Of a stretch of DNA of 64,000 nt, positions 46,801-60,837 are shown in pieces. Both the position numbers and the translations under genes were made by a program. Source of the DNA: the human T2T-CHM13v2.0 reference genome, Homo sapiens; the NCBI RefSeq assembly GCF_009914755.1, contig NC_060946.1; one strand, 5' to 3'. The notes under the pieces are model-generated. The model saw only the letters and a list, made by a program, of their open reading frames with translations, was not told the origin of the DNA and searched no databases. Within the stretch, counting starts at the first letter, position 1, and each line of letters begins with the position of its first letter.

Positions 46801-48420
46801 AGATATATATTCTATAGTGTACATAAAATATCAAAGTATCCAAACTATACATTATATACTGTACATAAAATATGAAATTACATCAAATATATATTATATT
46901 AGGTACATAAAATATGAAAGTACATGAAATATAGATTATATACTGTACATAAAATATCAAGGTACCCCAAATATATATTATATACTCTACATGAAATATC
47001 AAAGTTCACAAACTATATATTATATACTGTACATAAAATATCAAAGTACCCAAGGTATATATTCTATACTGTACAAAAAATAACAAAGTACCAAAAGCAT
47101 GTATAATATACTGTACATAAAATATGAAAGTACATCAAATATATATTTTATTCTGTACATAAAATATCAAAGTACACCAGATATATATTCTATAGTGTAC
47201 ATAAAATATCAAAGTACCCAAACTATACATTATATACTGTAAATAAAATATGAAATTACATCAAATATATTTTATATTAGGTACATAAAATATGAAAGTA
47301 CATCAAATATATATTTTATTCTGTACATAAAATATCAAAGTACACCAGATATATATTCTATAGTGTACATAAAATATCAAAGTACCCAAACTATACATTA
47401 TATACTGTATATAAAATATGAAATTACATCAAATATATTTTATATTAGGTACATAAAATATGAAAGTACATCAAATATAGATTATATACTGTACATTAAA
47501 TACCAAAGTACCCCAAATATATATTTTATACTGTACATGAAATATCAAAGTTCACAAACTATATATTATATACTGTACATATAATATCAAAATACCCAAG
47601 GTATATATTCTATACTGTACAAAAAATAACAAAGTACCAAAAGCATGTATTATATACTGTACCTAAAATATGAAAGTACATCAAATATATATTTTATTCT
47701 GTACATAAAATATCAAAGTACACCAGATATATATTCTATAGTGTACATAAAATATCAAAGTACCCAAACTATACATTATATACTGTAAATAAAATATGAA
47801 ATTACATAAAATATATATTATATTAGGTACATAAAATATGAAAGTACATGAAATATAGATTATATACTGTACATAAAATATCAAGGTACCCCAAATATAT
47901 ATTATATACTCTACATGAAATATCAAAGTTCACAAACTATATATTATATACTGTACATAAAATATCAAAATACCCAAGGTATATATTGTGTACTGTACAA
48001 AAAATAACAAAGTACCAAAAGCATGTATAATATACTGTACATAAAATATGAAAGTACATCAAATATATATTTTATTCTGTACATAAAATATCAAAGTACA
48101 CCAGATATAGATTCTATAGTGTACATAAAATATCAAAGTACCCAAACTATACATTATATACTGTAAATAAAATATGAAATTACATCAAATATATTTTATA
48201 TTAGGTACATAAAATATGAAAGTACATCAAATATATATTTTATTCTGTACATAAAATATCAAAGTACACCAGATATATATTCTATAGTGTACATAAAATA
48301 TCAAAGTACCCAAACTATACATTATATACTGTATATAAAATATGAAATTACATCAAATATATTTTATATTAGGTACATAAAATATGAAAGTACATCAAAT
48401 ATAGATTATATACTGTACAT
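45950..48420 (+). repeat. 924-bp unit (378-bp 9-mer + 546-bp 13-mer), about 2.5-3 copies
   Basis: ORFs 46439/47363 and 46924/47848 are offset by 924. The monomer 7-to-4 junctions lie at ~46387, ~47311 and ~48235. Confidence 0.85.
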
Positions 48421-49379
48421 AAAATACCAAAGTACCCAAAATATATAATTTATACTGTACATGAAATATCAAAGTTCACAAACTATATATTATATACTGT
48501 ACATAAAATATCAAAGTACCCAAGGTATATATTCTATACTGTACAAAAAATATCAAAGTACCCAAAGCATGTATTATATACAGTACATAAAATATGAAAG
48601 TACATCAAATATATCTTTTATTCTGTACATAATATATCAAAGTACACCAGATATATATTCTATAGTGTACATAAAACAACAAAGTACAAAAACTATAAAT
48701 TATATACTGTACATAAAATATGAAATTACATCAAATACATATTAGGTACATAAAATATGAAAGTACATCAAATATAGATTATATACTTTACATAAAATAT
48801 CAATATACCCCAAATATATATTTTATACTCTACATGAAATATCAAAGTTCACAAACCATATATTATATACTGTACATAAAATATCAAAGTACCCAAGGTA
48901 TATATTCTATACTGTACAAAAAATACCAAAGTACCCAAAGCATGTATTATATACTGTACATAAAATATGAAAGTACATCAAATATATATTTTATTCTGTA
49001 CATAAAATATCAAAGTACACCAGATATATATTCGATAGGGTACATAAAATATAAAAGTACCCAAACTATACATTATATACTGTAAATAAAATATGAAATT
49101 ACATCAAATATATTTTATATTAGGTACATAAAACATGAAAGTACATCAAATATATATTTTATTCTGTACATAAAATATCAAAGTACACCAGATATATATT
49201 CTATAGTGTACATAAAATATCAAAGTACCCAAACTATACATTATGTACTGTACATAAAATATGAAATTACATCAAATACATATTATATTAGGTACATAAA
49301 ATATGAAAGTATATGAAATATAGATTATATACTGTACATAAAATATCAAGGTACCCCAAATATATATTATATACTCTAC

Positions 49380-49836
49380 ATGAAATATCAAAGTTCACAA
49401 ACTATATATTATATACTGTACATAAAATATCAAAGTACCCCAAATATATATTATATACTCTACAGGAAATATCAAAGTTCACACACTATATATTATATAC
49501 TGTACATAAAATATCAAAGTACCCAAGGTATATATTCTATACTGTACCAAAAATATCAAAGTACCCAAAGCATGTATTATATTCTGTATATAAAATATGA
49601 ATGTACATCAAATATATATTTTATTCTGTACATAAAATATCAAAGTACACCAGATATATATTCTATAGTGTACATAAAATATCAAAGTACCCAAACTATA
49701 CATTATATACTGTACATAAAATATGAAATTACATCAAATATGTACTAGGTACATAAAATATGAAAGTACATCAAATATAGATTATATACTGTACATTAAA
49801 TACCAAAGTACCCCAAATATATATTTTATACTGTAC
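49380..49836 (+). repeat. 11-monomer HOR variant (457 bp), extra monomer 9+1 pair
   Basis: Order 9-1-9-1-2 at ~49338-49505: monomer 1 starts at 49380 and again at 49464 (AGGAAATATCAAAGTTCACAC). 462-5=457. Confidence 0.85.
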
Positions 49837-52800
49837 ATGAAATATCAAAGTTCACAAACTATATATTATATACTGTACTTAAAATAACAAAGTACCCAAG
49901 GTATATATTCTATACTGTACAAAAGATATCAATGTACCCAAAGCATGTATTATATACTGTACATAAAATATGAAAGTACATCAAATATATATTTTATTCT
50001 GTACATAAAATATCAAAGTACACCAGATATATATTCTATAGTGTACATAAAATATCAAAGTACCCAAACTATACATTATATACTGTACATAAAATATGAA
50101 ATTACATCAAATATATATTATATTAGGTACATAAAATATGAAAGTACATCAAATATAGATTATATACTGTACATAAAATATCAAAGTACCCCAAATATAT
50201 ATTATATACTCTACATGAAATATCAAAGTTCACAAGCTATATATTATATACTGTACATAAAATATCAAAATACCCAAGGTATATATTCTATACTTCACAA
50301 AAAATATCAAAGTACCCAAAGCATGTATTATATACTGTACCTAAAATATGAAAGTACATCAAATATATATTTTATTCTGTACATAAAATATCAAAGTACA
50401 CCAGATATATATTCTATAGTGTACATAAAATATCAAAGTACCCAAACTATACATTATATACTGTACATAAAATATGAAATTACATCAAATATATCTTATA
50501 TTAGGTACATAAAATATGAAAGTACATCAAATATAGGTTATATACTGTAGATTAAATACCAAAGTACCCCAAATATATATTTTATACTGTACATGAAATA
50601 TCAAAGTTCACAAACTATATATTATATACTGTACATATAATATCAAAGTACCCAAGGTATATATTCTATACTGTACAAAAAATAACAAAGTACCAAAAGC
50701 ATGTATAATATACTGTACATAAAATATGAAAGTACATCAAATATATATTTTATTCTGTACATAAAATATCAAAGTACACCAGATATATATTCTATAGTGC
50801 ACATAAAATATCAAAGTACCCAAACTATACATTATATACTCTAAATAAAATATGAAATTACATCAAATATATTTTATATTAGGTACATAAAATATGAAAG
50901 TACATCAAATATAGATTATATACTGCACATTAAATACCAAAGTACCCCAAATATATATTTTATACTGTACATGAAATATCAAAGTTCACAAACTATATAT
51001 TATATACTGTACATAAAATATTAAAGTACCCAAGTTATATATTCTATACTGTACAAAAAATATAAAAGTACCCAAAGCATGTATTATATACTGTACATTA
51101 AATATGAAAGAACATCAAATATATATTTTATTCTGTACATAATATAAAAAAGTACACCAGATATATATTCTAAAGTGTACATAAAATAACAAAGTACACG
51201 AACTATAAATTATATACTGTACATAAAATATGAAATTACATCAAATATATATTAGGTACATAAAATATGAAAGTACATCAAATATAGATTATATACTGTA
51301 CATAAAATATCAATGTACCCCAAATATATATTTTATACTATACATGAAATATCAAAGTTCACAAAACATATATTGTATACTGTACATAAAATATCAAAGT
51401 ACCCAAGGTATATATTCTATACTGTACAAAAAATATCAAAGTACCCAAAGCATGTATTATATACTGTACCTAAAATATGAAAGTACATCAAATATATATT
51501 TTATTCTGTACATAAAATATCAAAGTACACCAGATATATATTCTATAGTGTACATAAAATATCAAAGTACCCAAACTATACATTATATACTGTACATAAA
51601 ATATGAAATTACATCAAATATATATTAGGTACATAAAATATGAAAGTACATCAAATATAGATTATACACTGTACATAAAATATCAAAGTACTCCAAATGT
51701 ATATTATATACTCTACATGAAATATCAAATTTCACAAACTATATATTATATACTTTACATAAAATATCAAAGTACCCTAGGTATATATTCTATACTGTAC
51801 AAAAAATATGAAAGTACCCAAAGCATGTATTATATACTGTATATAAAATATGAAAGTACATTAAAGTTATATTTTATTCTGTACATAAAATATCAAAGTA
51901 CACCAGATATATATTCTATAGTGTACATAAAATAACAAAGTACACAAACTATAAATTATATACTGTACATAAAATATGAAATTACATCAAATATATATTA
52001 GGTACATAAAATATGAAAGTACATCAAATATAGATTATATACTGTACATATAATATCAATGTACCGCAAATATATATTTTATACTCTACATGAAATATCA
52101 AAGATCACAAACCATATATTATATACTGTACATAAAATATCAAAGTACCCAAGGTATATATTGTATACTGTACAAAAAATATCAAAGTACCCAAAGCATG
52201 TATTATATACTGTACATAAAATATGAAAGTACATCAAATATATATTTTATTCTGTACATAAAATATCAAGGTACACCAGATATATATTCTATAGTGTACA
52301 TAAAATATCAAATTACCCAAACTATAAATGATATACTGTACATAAAATATGAAATTACATCAAATATATATTATATTAGGTACATAAAATATGAAAGTAC
52401 ATCAAATATAGATTATATACTGTACATTAAATACCAAAGTACCCCAAATATATATTTTATACTGTACATGAAATATCAAAGTTCACAAACTATATATTAT
52501 ATACTGTACATAAAATATCAAAGTACCCAAGGTATATATTCTATACTGTACAAAAGATATCAAAGTACCCAAAGCATGTATTATATACTGTACATAAAAT
52601 ATGAAAGTACATCAAATATATATTTTATTCTGTACATAAAATATCAAAGTACACCAGATACATATTCTATAGTGTACATAAAATATCAAAGTAACCAAAC
52701 TATACATTATATACTGTACATAAAATATGAAATTACATCAAATCTATATTAGGTATATAAAATACGAAAGTACATCAAATATAGGTTATATACTGTACAT

Positions 52801-55800
52801 AAAATATCAAAGTACCCCAAATATATATTATATACTCTACATGAAATACCAAAGTTCACAAACAATATATTATATACTGTACATAAAATATCAAAGTACC
52901 CAAGGTATATATTCTATACTGTGCAAAAAATATCAAAGTACCCAAAGCATGTATTATATACTGTATACAAAATATGAAAATACATCAAATATATATTTTA
53001 TTCTGTACATAAAATATCAAAGTACACCAGATATATATTCTATAGTGTACATAAAATAACAAAGTACACAAACTATAAATTATATACTGTACATAAAATA
53101 TGAAATTACATCAAATATATATTAAGTACATAAAATATGAAAGTACATCAAATATAGATTATATACTGTACATAAAATAACAATGTACCCCAAATATATA
53201 TTTTATACTCTACATGAAATATCAAAGTTCACAAACCATACATTATATATTGTACATAAAATATCAAAGTACCCAAGGTATATATTCTATACTGTACAAA
53301 AAATATGAAAGTACCCAAAGCATGTATTATATACTGTACATAAAATATGAAAGTACATCAAATATACATATTATTCTGTACATAAAATATCAAAGTACAC
53401 TAGATATATATTCTATAGTGTACATAAAATAACAAAGTACACAAACTATACATTATATACTGTACATAAGATATGAAATTACATCAAATATATATTAGGT
53501 ACATAAAATATGAAAGTACATCAAATATAGATTATATACTGTACATAAAATATCAAAGTACCCCAAATATATATTTTATACTCCACATGAAATATCAAAG
53601 TTCACAAACCATATATTATATACTGTACATAAAATATCAAAGTACCCAAGGTATATATTCTATACTATACAAAAAATATCAAAGTACCCAAAGCATGTAT
53701 TATATACTGTACATAAAATATGAAAGTACATCAAATATATATTTTATTCTGTACATAAAATATCAAAGTACACTAGATATATATTCTATAGTGTACATAA
53801 AATACCAAAATACCCAAACTATACATTATATACTGTACATAAAATATGAGATTACATCAAATATATATTATATTAGGTACATAAAATATGAAAGTACATC
53901 AAATATAGATTATATACAGTACATTAAATACCAAAGTACCCCAAATATATATTTTATGCTGTACATGAAATATCAAAGTTCACAAACTATATATTATATA
54001 CTGTACATAAAATATCAAAGTACCCAAGGTATATATTCTATACTGTACAAAAAATATCAAAGTACCCAAAGCATGTATTATATACTGTATATAAAATAAG
54101 AAAGTACATTAAATATATATTTTATTCTGTACATAAAATATCAAAGTACACCAGATATATATTCTATAGTGTACATAAAATAACAAAGTACACAAACTAT
54201 ACATTATATACTGTACATAAAATATGAAATTACATCAAATATATATTAGGTACATAAAATAGGAAAGTACATCAAATATAGATTATATACTGAACATATA
54301 ATATCAATGTACCCCAAATATATATTATATACTGTACATGAAATATCAAAGTTCACAACTATATATTACATACTGTACATAAAATATCAAAGTACCCAAG
54401 GTATATATTCTATACTGTACAAAAAATATCAAAGTACCCAAAGCATGTATTATATACTGTACATAAAATATGAAAGTACATAAAATATATATTTTATTCT
54501 GTACATAAAATATCAAAGTACACTAGATATATATTCTATAGTGTATATAAAATATCAAAGTACCCAAACTATACATTATATACTGTACATAAAATATGAA
54601 ATTACATCAAATATATATTATATTAGGTACATAAAATATGAAAGTACATGAAATATAGATTATATACTGTACATAAAATATCAAAGTACCCCAAATATAT
54701 ATTATATACTGTACATGAAATATCAAAGTTCACAACTATATATTACATACTGTACATAAAATATCAAAGTACCCAAGGTATATATTCTATAGTGTACAAA
54801 AAATATCAAAGTACCCAAAGCATGTATTATATACTGTACATAAAATATAAAATTACATCAAATATATATTTTATTCTGTACATAAAATATCAAAGTACAC
54901 CAGATATATATACTATAGTGTACATAAAATATCAAAGTACCCAAACTATACATTATACACTGTACATAAAATATGAAATTACATCAAATATATATTAGGT
55001 ACATAAAATAGGAAAGTACATCAAATATAGATTATATACTGAACATATAATATCAATGTACCCCAAATATATATTTTATACTCTACATGAAATATCAAAG
55101 TTCACAAACCATATATTATATACTGTACATAAAATATCATTGTAACCAAGGTATATATTCTATACTGTACAAAAAATATCAAAGTACCCAAAGCATGTAT
55201 TATATACTGCACATAAAATATGAAATAACATCAAATATATATTTTATTCTGTACATAAAATATCAAAGTACACCAGATATATATTCTATAGTGTACATAA
55301 AATATCAAAGTACCCAAACTACAAATTTTATACTTTACATAAAATATGAAATTACATCAAATATATATTAGGTACATAAAATATGAATGTACATCAAATA
55401 TAGATTATATACTGTACATAAAATATCAAAGTACCCCAAATATATATTATATACTGTACATGAAATATCAAAGTTCACAAACTATATATTATATACTGTA
55501 CATAAAATATCAAAGTACCCAAGGTATATATTCTATACTGTACAAAAAATATCAAAGTACCCAAAGCATGTATTATATACTGTACATAAAATATGAAAGT
55601 ACATCAAATATATATTTTATTCTGTACATAAAATATCAAAGTACACCAGATATATATTCTATAGTGTACATAAAATATCAAAGTACCCAAACTATACATT
55701 ATATACTGTACATAAAATATGAAATTACATCAAATATATATTATATTAGGTACATAAAATATGAAAGTACATCAAATATAGATTATATACAGTACATTAA

Positions 55801-55837
55801 ATACCAGAGTACCCCAAATATATATTTTATGCTGTAC

Positions 55838-56252
55838 ATGAAATATCAAAGTTCACAAACTATATATTATATACTGTAAATAAAATATCAAAGTACCCAA
55901 GGTATATATTCTATACTGTACATAAAATATCAAAGTACCCAAGGTATATATTCTATACTGTACAAAAAATATCAAAGTACCCAAATCATGTATTATATAC
56001 TGTACATAAAATATGAAAGTACATCAAATATATATTTTATTCTGTACATAAAATATCAAAGTACACCAGATATATATTCTATAGTGTACATAAAATAACA
56101 AAGTACACAAACTATAAATTATATACTGTACATAAAATATGAAATTACATCAAATATATATTAGGTACATAAAATATGAAAGTACATCAAATATAGATTA
56201 TATACTGTACATAAAATATAAAAGTACCCGAAATATATATTATATACTGTAC
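55838..56252 (+). repeat. 10-monomer HOR variant (415 bp), monomer 2 doubled
   Basis: Two consecutive CCCAAGGTATATATTCTATACTGTAC monomers at ~55880-55965. 420-5=415. The same structure lies inside each 793-bp unit. Confidence 0.88.
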
Positions 56253-58310
56253 ATGAAATATCAAAGTTCACAAACTATATATTATATACTGTACATAAAA
56301 TATCAAAGTACTCAAGGTATATATTCTATACTGTACAAAAAATATCAAAGTACCCAAAGCATGTATTATATACTGTACATAAAATATGAAAGTACATCAA
56401 ATATATATTTTATTCTGTACATAAAATATCAAAGTACACCAGATATATATTCTATAGTGTACATAAAATAACAAAGTACACAAACTATAAATTATATACT
56501 GTACATAAAATATGAAATTACATCAAATATATATTAGGTACATAAAATATGAAAGTACATCAAATATAGATTTTATACTGTACATAAAATATCAATGTAC
56601 CCCAAATATATATTTTATACTCTACATGAAATATCAAAGTTCACAAACCATATATTATATACTGTACATAAAATATCAAAGTACCCAAGGTATATATTCT
56701 ATACTGTACAAAAAATATCAAAGTACCCAAAGCATGTATTATATATGGTACATAAAATATGAAAGTACATCAAATATATATTTTATTCTGTACATAAAAA
56801 ATCGAAGTACACCAGATATATATTCTATAGTGTACATAAAATATAAAAATACCCAAATTATACATTATATACTGTACATAAAATATGAAATTACATCAAA
56901 TATATATTATATTAAGTACATAAAATATGAAAGTACATCAAATATAGATTATATACTGTACATATAATATCAATGTACCCCAAATATATATTTTATACTC
57001 TACATGAAATATCAAACTTCACAAACCATATATTATATACTGTACATAAAATATCAAAGTAACCAAGGTATATATTCTATACTGTACAAAAAATATCAAA
57101 GTACCCAAAGCATGTATTATATACTGTACATAAAATATGAAAGTACATCAAATATATATTTTATTCTGTACATAAAATATCAAAGTACACCAGATATATA
57201 TTCTGTAGTGTACATAAAATATCAAAGTACCCAAACAATAAATTATATACTTTACATAAAATATGAAATTACATCAAATATATATTAGGTACATAAAATA
57301 TGAAAGTACATCAAATATAGATTATATACTGTACATAAAATATCAAAGTACCCCAAATATATATTATACACTGTACATGAAATATCAAAGTTCACAAACT
57401 ATATATGATATACTGTACATAAAATATCAAAGTACCCAAGGTATATATTCTATACTGTACAAAAAATATCAAAGTACCCAAAGCATGTATTATATACTGT
57501 ACATAAAATATGAAAGTACATCAAATATATATTTTATTCTGTACATAAAATATCAATGTACACCAGATATATATTCTATAGTGTAAATAAAATATCAAAG
57601 TACCCAAACTATACATTATATACTGTACATAAAATATGAAATTACATCATATGTATATTATATTAGGTACATAAAATATGAAAGTACATCAAATATAGAT
57701 TATATACTGTACATTAAATACCAAAGTACCCCAAATATATATTTTATACTGTACATGAAATATCGAAGTTCACAAACTATATATTATATACTGTACATAA
57801 AATATCAAAGTTCCCAAGGTATATATTCTATACTGTACAAAAAATATCAAACTACCCAAAGCATGTATTATATACAGTATATAAAATATGAAAGTACATC
57901 AAATATATATTTTATTCTGTACATAAAATATCAAAGTATACCAGATATATATTCTACAGTGTACATAAAATATCAAAGTACCCAAACTATACATTATATA
58001 CTGTACATAAAATATGAAATTACATCAAATATATATTAGGTACATAAAATATGAAAGTACATCAAATATAGATTATATACTGTACATAAAATACCAAACT
58101 ACCCCAAATATATATTATATACTGTACATGAAATATCAAAGTTCACAAACTATGTATTATATACTGTACATAAAATATCAAAGTACCCAAGGTATATATT
58201 CTATACTGTACAAAAAATATCAAAGTACCCAAAGCATGTATTATATACTGTACATAAAATATGAAAGTACATCAAATATATATTTTATTCTGTACATAAA
58301 ATATCAAACT

Positions 58311-60837
58311 ACACCAGATATATATTCTATAGTGTACATAAAATAACAAAGTACACAAACTATAAATTATATACTGCACATAAAATATGAAATTACATCA
58401 AATATATATTAGGTACATAAAATATGAAAGTACATCAAATATAGATTATATACTGTACGTAAAATACCAAAGTACCACAAATATATATTTTATACTGTAC
58501 ATGAAATATAAAAGTTCACAAACCATATATTATATACTGTACATAAAATATCACAATACCCAAGGTATATATTCTATACTGTACAAAAAATATCAAAGGA
58601 CCCAAAGCATGTATTATATACTGTACATAAAATATGAAAGTACATCAAATATATATTTTATTCTGTACATAAAATATCAAAGTACACCAGATATATATTC
58701 TATAGTGTACATAAAATATCAAAGTACCCAAACTATACATTATATACTGTACATAAAATATGAAATTACATAAAATATATATTATATTAGGTACATAAAA
58801 TATGAAAGTACATCAAATATAGATTATATACAGTACATTAAATACCAAAGTACCCCAAATATATATTTTATGCTGTACATGAAATATCAAAGTTCACAAA
58901 CTATATATTATATACTGTAAATAAAATATCAAAGTACCCAAGGTGTATATTCTATACTGTACATAAAATATCAAAGTACCCAAGGTATATATTCTATACT
59001 GTACAAAAAATATCAAAGTACCCAAATCATGTATTATATACTGTACATAAAATATGAAAGTACATCAAATATATATTTTATTCTGTACATAAAATATCAA
59101 AGTACACCAGATATATATTCTATAGTGTACATAAAATAACAAAGTACACAAACTATAAATTATATACTGCACATAAAATATGAAATTACATCAAATATAT
59201 ATTAGGTACATAAAATATGAAAGTACATCAAATATAGATTATATACTGTACGTAAAATACCAAAGTACCACAAATATATATTTTATACTGTACATGAAAT
59301 ATAAAAGTTCACAAACCATATATTATATACTGTACATAAAATATCACAATACCCAAGGTATATATTCTATACTATACAAAAAATATCAAAGGACCCAAAG
59401 CATGTATTATATACTGTACATAAAATATGAAAGTACATCAAATATATATTTTATTCTGTACATAAAATATCAAAGTACACCAGATATATATTCTATAGTG
59501 TACATAAAATATCAAAGTACCCAAACTATACATTATATACTGTACATAAAATATGAAATTACATAAAATATATATTATATTAGGTACATAAAATATGAAA
59601 GTACATCAAATATAGATTATATACAGTACATTAAATACCAAAGTACCCCAAATATATATTTTATGCTGTACATGAAATATCAAAGTTCACAAACTATATA
59701 TTATATACTGTAAATAAAATATCAAAGTACCCAAGGTATATATTCTATACTGTACATAAAATATCAAAGTACCCAAGGTATATATTCTATACTGTACAAA
59801 AAATATCAAAGTACCCAAATCATGTATTATATACTGTACATAAAATATGAAAGTACATCAAATATATATTTTATTCTGTACATAAAATATCAAAGTACAC
59901 CAGATATATATTCTATAGTGTACATAAAATAACAAAGTACACAAACTATAAATTATATACTGCACATAAAATATGAAATTACATCAAATATATATTAGGT
60001 ACATAAAATATGAAAGTACATCAAATATAGATTATATACTGTACGTAAAATACCAAAGTACCACAAATATATATTTTATACTGTACATGAAATATAAAAG
60101 TTCACAAACCATATATTATATACTGTACATAAAATATCACAATACCCAAGGTATATATTCTATACTGTACAAAAAATATCAAAGGACCCAAAGCATGTAT
60201 TATATACTGTACATAAAATATGAGAGTACATCAAATATATATTTTATTCTGTACATAAAATATCAAAGTACACCAGATATATATTCTATAGTGTACATAA
60301 AATATCAAAGTACCCAATCTATACATTATATACTGTACATAAAATATGAAATTACATAAAATATATATTATATTAGGTACATAAAATATGAAAGTACATC
60401 AAATATAGATTATATACAGTACATTAAATACCAAAGTACCCCAAATATATATTTTATGCTGTACATGAAATATCAAAGTTCACAAACTATATATTATATA
60501 CTGTAAATAAAATATCAAAGTACCCAAGGTATATATTCTATACTGTACATAAAATATCAAAGTACCCAAGGTATATATTCTATACTGTACAAAAAATATC
60601 AAAGTACCCAAATCATGTATTATATACTGTACATAAAATATGAAAGTACATCAAATATATATTTTATTCTGTACATAAAATATCAAAGTACACCAGATAT
60701 ATATTCTATAGTGTACATAAAATAACAAAGTACACAAACTATAAATTATATACTGCACATAAAATATGAAATTACATCAAATATATATTAGGTACATAAA
60801 ATATGAAAGTACATCAAATATAGATTATATACTGTAC
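58311..60837 (+). repeat. 793-bp unit (19 monomers minus 5 bp), about 3.2 tandem copies
   Basis: ORF starts at 58387, 59180, 59973 and 60766 are 793 apart. Shared variants GTACGTAAAATACC, ATATCACAATACC and CAAAGGACCC, plus a doubled monomer 2. Confidence 0.93.

Noticed and set aside
22193-47926. Short minus-strand ORFs as a sign of inversion or antisense genes
   Set aside because: The + strand satellite continues in unchanged orientation through them; they arise from chance loss of a stop codon.
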